Assembly: GCA_040954595.2 (NCBI GenBank)
Contig: CM082589.2
Coordinates: 3,486,213-3,550,212 of the forward strand
Reading direction: 5' to 3'
DNA: 64,000 bases
DNA from: Balanoglossus misakiensis
Lineage: Eukaryota; Animalia; Hemichordata
This document shows positions 1 to 12,900 of this stretch, piece after piece (the first letter of the stretch is position 1; each line of letters begins with the position of its first letter). Under the pieces are notes generated by a model. It saw only the letters and a program-made list of their open reading frames with translations, had not been told where the DNA came from and did not search any database. A program made the translations under genes and the position numbers.

Positions 1-832
1 AATATGAGTGAAAATCTTGCATATGCATAGGGGTAGGCCTTCATGCTAACACATACCGCCAGGTAGCTCCAGATTAATGATGAAATGGATTACAGTAATT
101 TTTGGCCACCCTGGAATCGAAGCATTTTTTTTTTCATGTTGTACTGCAAAGGATAACAATTTTGACTGGCAATTTCTAATCCTCTACAACCCTCCGGAGA
201 TACCACATGACCCACCCCTTGAAGCTGCTAAACATGCATGACAGTTTGCCGATACGTGTTTATCTTTTTAGAGACGAATAGATCAAATGTGTATGTTAGT
301 GGGGACACAGGGTGGGGTCTTTAGAAATCTGACATACATGTAAAAGCAATTTATCTAGGACGGGGAAGTCTACGTCTATGCACGGTCTATGTCGGAGCTG
401 CGCGCATACTCATTCAAGAAAAGAGCGGATGTATGCTCTGGAAATAGCGTTACCAAGGCGACTATTCCAGTAAACACGAGCTGAGTCTTATTCTTCCATC
501 ATACCCGGATACTGCTCGAGTCGAGTGTGTCATGTGTCGGCCTACTGAGAGTCAGTGTGAGGCCAGAGGGGCCATTTTCGACAGCTAAAGGGATAAGGAA
601 GAGGTAAGGATTGCAATAACGTTTTTTCACAGTGTTTAAAATTAGATTTGCAATTTGCGTGCGTGTTTTTCCGGTGGATGGTTAATGATTTGATCGCTCA
701 CGTCGTGTGATTGTGGTACCGCCCTGGGCCTTGTACTGATACTGCATGCTGTGAAGTTGTGAATAGAGGTGCGGTTATTTGCATATCAAAAGACAGGTTT
801 GTCCACAAGTTTTTTGTGTCCCCCCTCTCTTT

Positions 833-960
833 GCCACGTCACGAATTTACGTGAAACGTCATCAAATTGTGAACCGGTAAGCATGAACTTGAGAAAAGAA
901 GATGGCGCTGCGTCGTGTGTTTCTACGTGAAGAGCGAAGGTGAAGACAGCGGATTTCATG
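833..960 (+). promoter_or_regulatory. Putative promoter / non-coding first exon of the sulfotransferase gene
   Basis: CpG-richer stretch with GCCACGTCA (833-841), a YY1-type AAGATGGCG (899-907) and a donor-like cat|GTAAGG at 960. A second donor-like gag|GTAAGG lies at 604. Matching acceptor ttttttccAG| at 3498, 89 nt before the ATG at 3588. Confidence 0.4.
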
Positions 961-3152
961 TAAGGAGGTGTAAATCTACGTTTTTTTCGCATACAGTTCG
1001 TTAATTTGTGTTGTCCTTGTTAGCTGGGGGACCTAAACGTGTCTGTTAATTGTATCGCTTTTCTGAAATTGGGTCGTTGATTTTCACTAGTGTATGCAAA
1101 CTGTAAGACAAGGAAGTACACTGTACTGTAATATTAGAGACGTGACGTTATTTATCACGGTAACCATACAGATTGTCATGCGCCAGTGATTGTTTTTATT
1201 CGTGGACGTTTGTGTCGCCGTTATGTCAGGCAAGTGTGGAGAGTAAAACCTTGTTACTTGGAGCTGAACGCTGTAGCTCACCTGTACACTGTCAGTGCGA
1301 TTGTGTGACATGGTTGACGTACCGGCTGGGTGGGGCTTTGTTGTATCCATCAGAGTCCATGGTTGTATAAACAGAAAGGTCACCCAGTTTTTTTTTTTTA
1401 TTAAAGTGGAAATAACATTTTAAAAAATAAAACACCTGCGTTTACATGCTTGTGTAGGGTAGGCTGGGTATATCCATGGAGGTATCTAAACACAAAATTT
1501 GTTATAATTGGGATCAACACAACATGTGACCTTCCTTCTGGAGCATTCACTGTTATAAGCTTCAATAAATACAATTTCCCAAGTTTTTGTAACAAATGAA
1601 CAATTTGCTCATTTTTATGGTTGGTTATTTTATTGAAACCCATTCCACTCTGACATAAATAACTGATTTTACGCTAGATCCTCACAACTTCGGGGAATAG
1701 CATTATGAAATGTATTTGCAAGGGTATATCATATCCAATTCGATTTTCCTTTCATTTGCCACCTTTAACCATAATGAATAATATTGGTTTATTTGTCTGA
1801 ATGAATTGGGATTCAATAGTGTTTGCTTGTGACGTGAGTGGAATGTTGAAAGGGCTAGCCGGCTAGACTGTTTAAAGTTTTCCAAATGAAAGGCAGTGCG
1901 ACCTTGACTATACCTGTATATTCATTCAATGTATATGCGCTGGGAACGCACTTCTTTTGTAGTACCTGTAGGCTGTTATATTCACTGAGTGAGTGGTGCA
2001 TTTTTAATGTACTCTTTTACATCTCTGCTGAGTGACGTGTGGTGATTGACTGCATACGTGTCACGTTCCTTGTATTAGGAGCTTTTTCACATTCAACTAG
2101 TTTTATAGAGCTTCAATGTTAGCTGAACCCCGCAGTGCCCTTTTCTATTAATATTTATTTTTTAAACTGTAGAGCTGAAAGTGTTTAAAAACTTAAACAG
2201 AAATCTACGCTAGTGAAGATGTATTGATGAAGATCCCTCAGGGCCTAAGGATAGGCCAGTGGTTGAAAACCCCTCCCACCCCCATGTACCAGTGGTATCA
2301 TCCAAACTTGTTATACATGTACATGTACTTTAATAGTCAAGGGTAAACCAGCATGGGAGTCCTAATTTAGAGTTTTCCATCCATCAATTGATTGATTGTC
2401 ATCATTTCAGTGTATCAGTACTACACAATAGGCTTGACCTCCGACATTTTAACAAAAGCATCACTTGATAGTATAGTAGCTGAGTCAACAAGAGAATACA
2501 TTAATAATTTTTACTGGTAGAAATACTGCCATATTCCAAGGAAGACTGGAGTGTTTGGTACATGTGTATAGCGAGTTGAAGAACTGTGATAATGATATAA
2601 CTTTAAGCTCACCCATATTGTTAGCAAAATAGGATATGTGTGAAGGTAAGAAAGTCTACTTTAAAACCTGATAAATTGTCCACTTAGCTGTGAATTGAGG
2701 TTACTAGTCTGTCAGTATAAAACAAATTATAACCATATGTTTTCTTAGCTTAAAAGGGGAGATTACCATATGGTAGTCTGGAGACTTATTAGCACAGAAA
2801 ACTTGTCTCTGAAATTCTCTTTTTCCTTGTTTGTTTGTGAACGCATACTTTGCCAGTTAGAGTAAAAACCAACAAAGCTTACAAAATGATGTTGCGTTCA
2901 GACCAATGTGCCCTCTAACAAACATAATTTTTATAGATTTCTAGAAATTGTCTATGGGTCAACCCCCTTTAGGGAGTTTGTTTTAAGTCTGTGGCACGTC
3001 ATGCATCATATGGGCTTAGAGGGCAGACAGGTTCATCTTGATAAAGGTCACATTTCAGAGGCAGTATTTATGTTTTACAAACAAGGATAGGTTGAGTCTG
3101 GGTATTCATTGCACCCACCAACTTAAAGGCTTTGACCATCGCTATTAATTAA

Positions 3153-3237
3153 CCTGTTCACCCTCTGTTCCCTTTTTAGAGGTCCAACTCTACCATAGAA
3201 AACAATGGGTTTGGACTAAACCATGGTAGTGAAAGGG
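3153..3237. mobile_element. ~85-bp piggyBac-type MITE (TTAA-flanked)
   Basis: TTAA|CCTGTTCACC ... GTGAAAGGG|TTAA. Related copies at ~5138-5197, 16273-16357, ~31393-31439 and inverted at ~51490-51543. Confidence 0.6.
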
Positions 3238-3587
3238 TTAAAAGGCAAATAGAATAACTTTGATAAAAATTATTTCTGTGGAAACTGGTGGCTTTTATCA
3301 CTTGCACATATGCTGGGTTCACATCTAGGCCCATGGCTGGGCAAAAATAATTCTGATGATTGTGACAAGATAAGCTAATCTTCAGTCCCCGTTCACATTG
3401 TGTTTGGTACAGTCCTGGCCAACGTCGTCTCGCCAACCTTTGACCTTATAAAGCATTCAGGTGTTTTTGTAAAACTCTTGTCTTGTCATTTTTTCCAGAC
3501 ACCAGGCAATAATACAGAGGGTGGGCAAAACACATTGATTACCGGCTTGGAACTTGAACTAAAGTCCTACATCTGTCTTCGTCCAAA

Positions 3588-4973
3588 ATGAGACTGCGCC
3601 GTGTTGCGTACGCATTCCTAATTTGCTCTTCACTGTGTGCGGTGGTTTTCGTGGTTCAAAATGTCAGGCACCTGGAGAACTTCGGTCACATTCTACGTGA
3701 TAAAAGCAGAGACCCACGGGAGGAGGAAATGGTTCGCAGCACTTCAGTCAGTTCCAAATTAACAAAGTATACGTCAGAAAATCACAGTAAACCGGAGATT
3801 ACATCGAAGACGTCCGTCCGACCCAAGACAACGAATAGCAGTGCCCCTGCTGTCGTAGCCAACCAAACAGCTGCTGTGGTGGCCATCGTCGCGCACACTC
3901 CTGGAAAGACGGTCGAAGTTGTCCCCGCCGAGCCTGTCAAGAAACAACCGCTGACAAGCACACAAACACATGCCTGTGCCTTAAAATTGCAACAGATTGG
4001 CCGCCAGAGAATAATCAAGTGCACAATACTCTTCGGTTACATGAGCGAATGTTTGACAGCAAGTGCCATTGGCCAGGAACCGTTGCCAAATTTTTATCTC
4101 CGGTCGAGTGACGAGGGGAGCGAGGCAGACTACAAGCAAGCCAACGTGGGGTTTGTACACATGCCCAAATCTGGTGGCACCTCAGTGGAAGAAGTCCTAA
4201 TGAGAATCCCTGGTCTAAATGTAACCGGCGACGTCATGGCCAAAAGGATAGCCCATTGCTATGAAGTGTACGCTGAGAGTAAACATCAGCTCGAGAAGAA
4301 GGATCCGCGACAGACGTTATACTTCTCCAAGCGCACATACGGTATACATAATTATGTCTATCCAGAAAGGCCATTTGCATATGTCACCTGGTTCAGAGAG
4401 CCAATCAGCAGACTAGTTTCGACCTACTACTATGCAAAGCGGAAGAACTGTTTCGGGGTTCATAAAATCTGCGTGAATTACATGGCCAAAACGCCGAGCT
4501 TGACGCACTATCTGCAGAAGCATCCGACCCTGCATTTCCAGGACATGGACAACTTCTACGTCCGACTCTTGCAGTACGGAGACTTCCCGCAAATCGATAC
4601 GACCTTCGAGGACTGCTGCGGAGGGGTGGAACTGAAGGACGCGTTCAAAATACCGGCAGTCGAGGAAAAACACTACCTGATCGCCAAAAAGAACTTGGAG
4701 ACGCAGATGGCGTTTGTTGGTATCACCGAAGATTTCAAAACTTCCCAAGACATGCTGGCTCACATTTTCAGCATACCCATCAAAGAGGAAGTGCATATTA
4801 ACACCAACCCCCACAAGTACAACTTGTCAGACTACGAACTGAAAGAACTTCGTAAACGAAACATCTGGGATTTAAAACTCTATGAGGATGCCATGGCGAT
4901 ATACCAGCGACAAAAGAAAGTTTATTTGGAGAGATATTTAAAAGTGAACGCCACCTCAAATACAAAAGAATAA
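3588..4973 (+). CDS. Golgi type-II membrane sulfotransferase (Sulfotransfer_2-like; HS6ST/HS2ST/UST/GAL3ST superfamily), 461 aa, single coding exon
   Basis: Short basic N-tail plus TM anchor (VAYAFLICSSLCAVVFVV), S/T-rich stem, 5'-PSB motif FVHMPKSGGTS, 3'-PB motif WFREPISRLVSTYYY, C-terminal FVGITEDF and RNIWDLKLY motifs. Confidence 0.9.
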   Translation: MRLRRVAYAFLICSSLCAVVFVVQNVRHLENFGHILRDKSRDPREEEMVRSTSVSSKLTKYTSENHSKPEITSKTSVRPKTTNSSAPAVVANQTAAVVAIVAHTPGKTVEVVPAEPVKKQPLTSTQTHACALKLQQIGRQRIIKCTILFGYMSECLTASAIGQEPLPNFYLRSSDEGSEADYKQANVGFVHMPKSGGTSVEEVLMRIPGLNVTGDVMAKRIAHCYEVYAESKHQLEKKDPRQTLYFSKRTYGIHNYVYPERPFAYVTWFREPISRLVSTYYYAKRKNCFGVHKICVNYMAKTPSLTHYLQKHPTLHFQDMDNFYVRLLQYGDFPQIDTTFEDCCGGVELKDAFKIPAVEEKHYLIAKKNLETQMAFVGITEDFKTSQDMLAHIFSIPIKEEVHINTNPHKYNLSDYELKELRKRNIWDLKLYEDAMAIYQRQKKVYLERYLKVNATSNTKE

Positions 4974-6299
4974 CTTCAGTCCCTTGTGTTGAGAAATGCA
5001 GAAATAACCAAATAACCAAGATATTTTTTTTATAACATGATTGTCCAATTTAAATCCGATCATTGCAATATCACAATACCAACATTACAGTTGTCTTCTC
5101 AGGAGGTAAAGAAGTAGATGCCAAATTACAGAATGTTGAGGTCCAGGTTGACCATAGAAAACAATGGCGTTTGGACCAAACCATGGTGTTTAAAGGGTTA
5201 AATTAATCTGATGGTTGGCAGAAGATAATAGTGAACATTTGACACTGTTTATGTTTCCTGTTGAACCTACGGTACTGTACATGTAAGAACCGAGCGAATC
5301 TTTGCTTGCAGGTATTAAACAAGGAAGGTACCATTTTCACCATTGTGGAGGGGAACAGCTGATTCACAGAACCAAAAGTACTTAAAATGTAACCAAAATG
5401 AAGTTCTTGATGTCAATTTCGTGCCATGGCAAACCGTTTGTTGTGATGTGAACTGTTTTCACTACTTGGTCCCTCACAACATCATGTCTGGGCACTGCAC
5501 TCTTTTGCAACTAAATTCTAAAGCTTAATGTATGTCATACTGAGGGCATCTCAATGGTTCTGTGAAGTCAATATATCCTCGTGACAAGCGGGGGTTATCC
5601 CGATGTTCTCAGTGAAAGGGAGACAATTTTCCACTGTCTCCAGTCAATACAACACTTATTTACCAGACTGATTTTATAGCACTATATTCGATAAAAAATA
5701 AAACATCACAAAAAATACAACTTTGTCCCTTTAGTGAAGTTGAAATACATATCGTAGTAAAGTGCCTTAGAATTGTAGCTTTCAAAGAAAATAATTTATC
5801 ACACAATAATTCAATCAAAATTGTATGTGGCAATATTGTAAAAAAATGGCAATATTCAATGAGACATTTGCCACTTTTGTTAATACAGTTTATTGCAGTA
5901 CTGTTGGCCTTCAGCCAAAATGTACAAAGCACTGCGATATATTGCTTTTATTGTTTTAAAATGTTTGTTTCAGAGAAACGGTTATTCTTTTCACGTTCCA
6001 CTGGATCAGCTGCATGTTGTGCTTTGTAAAGTTGGTTTGAGAATTATATTGCGATATTTTAAGAAAAAATAAGTTGCCATGTAATTTACCTTATATAATT
6101 GTAAGTATCTGACGATATATATCTACAATATACTGCGCAGTGATCTCAGGTTTGACGCCCCAGGCATCATCAAATAATTTTGTCCTTTGTGAACTATTTT
6201 GTGCTTAGTTGTATTAAATAATATTCAAATGAGAAAATTGTCTTGGTTTTGATTTTTACCTGGTTGGTACATGGCTGTTCTAATGTATGACATTCGTGC

Positions 6300-6300
<1 letters not shown>

Positions 6301-6330
<30 letters not shown>
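6301..6330 (+). repeat. (GA)n microsatellite
   Basis: gagagagagagagaaagagagagagagaga. Confidence 0.9.
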
Positions 6331-6730
6331 AACTGAATCGTGTTTATTGTACATTGAACACAAATGTATTTACACGGCATCGCCTATGACTCAGATTTTT
6401 TATCAAAATTACCACTGAGGGCGCTATTTGAGCTCTGAACTGACGGGCAGACTGGCCTTGCTGTGACTGCAGGCGATCGTATTCGTTTCGATTAATGTTA
6501 GAAAATAGGAAAATTGAGTCTATCTCAACCATTTGGCTCATGGACAATGTGCGATTTAATATCAGCGTTCATCGTTCGCCCACATCGACGCTTTCTACAA
6601 GGACACCAGAAAGTGGGTTGATGATTCTACGTGCTAGAATGAGATTTTTTATCATATGTTACCCAAGTTGAGTACGAGATGCAAGTGCACAAATGTAATG
6701 AATGTTTCGTGCCACACAGGGCTTGTATCT

Positions 6731-6993
6731 CTGGGATGGGTTATAGTCCATGCATATGACCTGGAAACGCCAAAATGAGCAAAAATCACAAAGTCGACAA
6801 TTTGAGAAATTTTGAGCTGGGATGGGTTATAGTCCATGCATATGACCTGGAAACGCCAAAATGAGCAAAATTCACAAAGTCGACAATTTGAGAATTTTTG
6901 AGCTGGGATGGGTTATAGTCCATGCATATGACCTGGAAACGCCAAAATGAGCAAAATTCACAAAATTGACAATTTGACATTTTTTGAGCTGGG
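6731..6993. repeat. 3 copies of an 86-bp monomer related to the adjacent satellite
   Basis: CTGGGATGGGTTATAGTCCATGCATATGACCTGGAAACGCC... starts at 6731, 6817 and 6903; a fourth start at 6989 switches into the 88-bp unit. Confidence 0.9.
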
Positions 6994-9900
6994 ATGGGCT
7001 ATAACCCTAATTTTTTTCAAAAAAGTGAAGAAATTTTGATATCTCGCAAAGTCGAAAAATTGTCATTTTCGGATGATTTTCATGGGCTATAACCCATGGT
7101 TTTTTCAAAAAAGTGAAGAAATTTTGATATCTCGCAAAGTCGAAAAATTGTCATTTTCGGATGATTTTCATGGGCTATAACCCATGGTTTTTTCAAAAAA
7201 GTGAAGAAATTTTGATATCTCGCAAAGTCGAAAAATTGTCATTTTCGGATGATTTTCATGGGCTATAACCCATGGTTTTTTCAAAAAAGTGAAGAAATTT
7301 TGATATCTCGCAAAGTCGAAAAATTGTCATTTTCGGATGATTTTCATGGGCTATAACCCATGGTTTTTTCAAAAAAGTGAAGAAATTTTGATATCTCGCA
7401 AAGTCGAAAAATTGTCATTTTCGGATGATTTTCATGGGCTATAACCCATGGTTTTTTCAAAAAAGTGAAGAAATCTTGATATCTCGCAAAGTCAAAAAAA
7501 ATGTCATTTTCGGATGATTTTCATGGGCTATAACCCATGGTTTTTTCAAAAAAGTGAAGAAATTTTGATATCTCGCAAAGTCGAAAAATTGTCATTTTCG
7601 GATGATTTTCATGGGCTATAACCCATGGTTTTTTCAAAAAAGTGAAGAAATTTTGATATCTCGCAAAGTCGAAAAATTGTCATTTTCGGATGATTTTCAT
7701 GGGCTATAACCCATGGTTTTTTCAAAAAAGTGAAGAAATTTTGATATCTCGCAAAGTCGAAAAATTGTCATTTTCGGATGATTTTCATGGGCTATAACCC
7801 ATGGTTTTTTCAAAAAAGTGAAGAAATTTTGATATCTCGCAAAGTCGAAAAATTGTCATTTTCGGATGATTTTCATGGGCTATAACCCATGGTTTTTTCA
7901 AAAAAGTGAAGAAATTTTGATATCTCGCAAAGTCGAAAAATTGTCATTTTCGGATGATTTTCATGGGCTATAACCCATGTTTTTTTCAAAAAAGTGAAGA
8001 AATTTTGATATCTCGCAAAGTCGAAAAATTGTCATTTTCGGATGATTTTCATGGGCTATAACCCATGTTTTTTTCAAAAAAGTGAAAAAATTTTGATATC
8101 TCGCAAAGTCGAAAAATTGTCATTTTCGGATGATTTTCATGGGCTATAACCCATGTTTTTTCAAAAAAGTGAAGAAATTTTGATATCTCGCAAAGTCGAA
8201 AAATTGTCATTTTCGGATGATTTTCATGGGCTATAACCCATGTTTTTTTCAAAAAAGTGAAGCAATTTTGATATCTCGCAAAGTCGAAAAATTGTCATTT
8301 TCGGATGATTTTCATGGGCTATAACCCATGGTTTTTTCAAAAAAGTGAAGAAATTTTGATATCTCGCAAAGTCGAAAAATTGTCATTTTCGGATAATTTT
8401 CATGGGCTATAACCCATGGTTTTTTCAAAAAGTGAAGAAATTTTGATATCTCGCAAAGTCGAAAAATTGTCATTTTCGGATGATTTTCATGGGCTATAAC
8501 CCATGGTTTTTTCAAAAAGTGAAGAAATTTTGATATCTCGCAAAGTCGAAAAATTGTCATTTTCGGATGATTTTCATGGGCTATAACCCATGGTTTTTTC
8601 AAAAAAGTGAAGAAATTTTGATATCTCGCAAAGTCGAAAATTGTCATTTTCGGATGATTTTCATGGGCTATAACCCATGGTTTTTCAAAAAAGTGAAGAA
8701 ATTTTGATATCTCGCAAAGTCGAAAAATTGTCATTTTCGGATGATTTTCATGGGCTATAACCCATGGTTTTTTCAAAAAAGTGAAGAAATTTTGATATCT
8801 CGCAAAGTCGAAAAATTGTCATTTTCGGATGATTTTCATGGGCTATAACCCATGTTTTTTTCAAAAAAGTGAAGAAATTTTGATATCTCGCAAAGTCGAA
8901 AAATTGTCATTTTCGGATGATTTTCATGGGCTATAACCCATGTTTTTTTCAAAAAAGTGAAGAAATTTTGATATCTCGCAAAGTCGAAAAATTGTCATTT
9001 TCGGATGATTTTCATGGGCTATAACCCATGGTATTTTCAAAAAAGTGAAGAAATTTTGATATCTCGCAAAGTCGAAAAATTGTCATTTTCGGATGATTTT
9101 CATGGGCTATAACCCATGGTATTTTCAAAAAGTGAAGAAATTTTGATATCTCGCAAAGTCGAAAAATTGTCATTTTCGGATGATTTTCATGGGCTATAAC
9201 CCATGGTTTTTTCAAAAAAGTGAAGAAATTTTGATATCTCGCAAAGTCGAAAAATTGTCATTTTCGGATGATTTTCATGGGCTATAACCCATGGTTTTTT
9301 CAAAAAAGTGAAGAAATTTTGATATCTCGCAAAGTCGAAAAATTGTCATTTTCGGATGATTTTCATGGGCTATAACCCATGGTTTTTTCAAAAAAGTGAA
9401 GAAATTTTGATATCTCGCAAAGTCGAAAAATTGTCATTTTCGGATGATTTTCATGGGCTATAACCCATGGTTTTTCAAAAAAGTGAAGAAATTTTGATAT
9501 CTCGCAAAGTCGAAAAGTGAAGAAATTTTGATATCGCAAGTCGAAAAATTGTCATTTTCGGATGATTTTCATGGGCTATAACCCATGGTTTTTTCAAAAA
9601 AGTGAAGAAATTTTGATATCTCGCAAAGTCGAAAAATTGTCATTTTCGGATGATTTTCATGGGCTATAACCCATGGTTTTTTCAAAAAGTGAAGAAATTT
9701 TGATATCTCGCAAAGTCGAAAAATTGTCATTTTCGGATGATTTTCATGGGCTATAACCCATGGTTTTTCAAAAAGTGAAGAAATTTTGATATCTCGCAAA
9801 GTCGAAAAATTGTCATTTTCGGATGATTTTCATGGGCTATAACCCATGGTTTTTTCAAAAAAGTGAAGAAATTTTGATATCTCGCAAAGTCGAAAAATTG

Positions 9901-12900
9901 TCATTTTCGGATGATTTTCATGGGCTATAACCCATGGTTTTTTCAAAAAAGTGAAGAAATTTTGATATCTCGCAAAGTCGAAAAATTGTCATTTTCGGAT
10001 GATTTTCATGGGCTATAACCCATGGTTTTTTCAAAAAAGTGAAGAAATTTTGATATCTCGCAAAGTCGAAAAATTGTCATTTTCGGATGATTTTCATGGG
10101 CTATAACCCATGGTTTTTTCAAAAAAGTGAAGAAATTTTGATATCTCGCAAAGTCGAAAAATTGTCATTTTCGGATGATTTTCATGGGCTATAACCCATG
10201 GTTTTTTCAAAAAAGTGAAGAAATTTTGATATCTCGCAAAGTCGAAAAATTGTCATTTTCGGATGATTTTCATGGCTATAACCCATGGTTTTTTCAAAAA
10301 AGTGAAGAAATTTTGATATCTCGCAAAGTCGAAAAATTGTCATTTTCGGATGATTTTCATGGGCTATAACCCATGGTTTTTTCAAAAAAGTGAAGAAATT
10401 TTGATATCTCGCAAAGTCGAAAAATTGTCATTTTCGGATGATTTTCATGGGCTATAACCCATGGTTTTTTCAAAAAAGTGAAGAAATTTTGATATCTCGC
10501 AAAGTCGAAAAATTGTCATTTTCGGATGATTTTCATGGGCTATAACCCATGGTTTTTTCAAAAAAGTGAGAAATTTTGATATCTCGCAAAGTCGAAAAAT
10601 TGTCATTTTCGGATGATTTTCATGGGCTATAACCCATGGTTTTTTCAAAAAAGTGAAGAAATTTTGATATCTCGCAAAGTCGAAAAATTGTCATTTTCGG
10701 ATGATTTTCATGGGCTATAACCCATGGTTTTTTCAAAAAAGTGAAGAAATTTTGATATCTCGCAAAGTCGAAAAATTGTCATTTTCGGATGATTTTCATG
10801 GGCTATAACCCATGGTTTTTTCAAAAAAGTGAAGAAATTTTGATATCTCGCAAAGTCGAAAAATTGTCATTTTCGGATGATTTTCATGGGCTATAACCCA
10901 TGGTTTTTTCAAAAAAGTGAAGAATTTTGATATCTCGCAAAGTCGAAAAATTGTCATTTTCGGATGATTTTCATGGGCTATAACCCATGGTTTTTTCAAA
11001 AAAGTGAAGAAATTTTGATATCTCGCAAAGTCGAAAAATTGTCATTTTCGGATGATTTTCATGGGCTATAACCCATGGTTTTTTCAAAAAAGTGAAGAAA
11101 TTTTGATATCTCGCAAAGTCGAAAAATTGTCATTTTCGGATGATTTTCATGGGCTATAACCCATGGTTTTTTCAAAAAAGTGAAGAAATTTTGATATCTC
11201 GCAAAGTCGAAAAATTGTCATTTTCGGATGATTTTCATGGGCTATAACCCATGGTTTTTTCAAAAAAGTGAAGAAATTTTGATATCTCGCAAAGTCGAAA
11301 AATTGTCATTTTCGGATGATTTTCATGGGCTATAACCCATGGTTTTTTCAAAAAAGTGAAGAAATTTTGATATCTCGCAAAGTCGAAAAATTGTCATTTT
11401 CGGATGATTTTCATGGGCTATAACCCATGGTTTTTTCAAAAAAGTGAAGAAATTTTGATATCTCGCAAAGTCGAAAAATTGTCATTTTCGGATGATTTTC
11501 ATGGGCTATAACCCATGGTTTTTTCAAAAAAGTGAAGAAATTTTGATATCTCGCAAAGTCGAAAAATTGTCATTTTCGGATGATTTTCATGGGCTATAAC
11601 CCATGGTTTTTTCAAAAAAGTGAAGAAATTTTGATATCTCGCAAAGTCGAAAAATTGTCATTTTCGGATGATTTTCATGGGCTATAACCCATGGTTTTTT
11701 CAAAAAAGTGAAGAAATTTTGATATCTCGCAAAGTCGAAAAATTGTCATTTTCGGATGATTTTCATGGGCTATAACCCATGGTTTTTTCAAAAAAGTGAA
11801 GAAATTTTGATATCTCGCAAAGTCGAAAAATTGTCATTTTCGGATGATTTTCATGGGCTATAACCCATGGTTTTTTCAAAAAAGTGAAGAAATTTTGATA
11901 TCTCGCAAAGTCGAAAAATTGTCATTTTCGGATGATTTTCATGGGCTATAACCCATGGTTTTTTCAAAAAAGTGAAGAAATTTTGATATCTCGCAAAGTC
12001 GAAAAATTGTCATTTTCGGATGATTTTCATGGGCTATAACCCATGGTTTTTTCAAAAAAGTGAAGAAATTTTGATATCTCGCAAAGTCGAAAAATTGTCA
12101 TTTTCGGATGATTTTCATGGGCTATAACCCATGGTTTTTTCAAAAAAGTGAAGAAATTTTGATATCTCGCAAAGTCGAAAAATTGTCATTTTCGGATGAT
12201 TTTCATGGGCTATAACCCATGGTTTTTTCAAAAAAGTGAAGAAATTTTGATATCTCGCAAAGTCGAAAAATTGTCATTTTCGGATGATTTTCATGGGCTA
12301 TAACCCATGGTTTTTTTCAAAAAAGTGAAGAAATTTTGATATCTCGCAAAGTCGAAAAATTGTCATTTTCGGATGATTTTCATGGGCTATAACCCATGGT
12401 TTTTTCAAAAAGTGAAGAAATTTTGATATCTCGCAAAGTCGAAAAATTGTCATTTTCGGATGATTTTCATGGGCTATAACCCATGGTTTTTTCAAAAAAG
12501 TGAAGAAATTTTGATATCTCGCAAAGTCGAAAAATTGTCATTTTCGGATGATTTTCATGGGCTATAACCCATGGTTTTTTCAAAAAAGTGAAGAAATTTT
12601 GATATCTCGCAAAGTCGAAAAATTGTCATTTTCGGATGATTTTCATGGGCTATAACCCATGGTTTTTTCAAAAAAGTGAAGAAATTTTGATATCTCGCAA
12701 AGTCGAAAAATTGTCATTTTCGGATGATTTTCATGGGCTATAACCCATGGTTTTTTCAAAAAAGTGAAGAAATTTTGATATCTCGCAAAGTCGAAAAATT
12801 GTCATTTTCGGATGATTTTCATGGGCTATAACCCATGGTTTTTTCAAAAAAGTGAAGAAATTTTGATATCTCGCAAAGTCGAAAAATTGTCATTTTCGGA

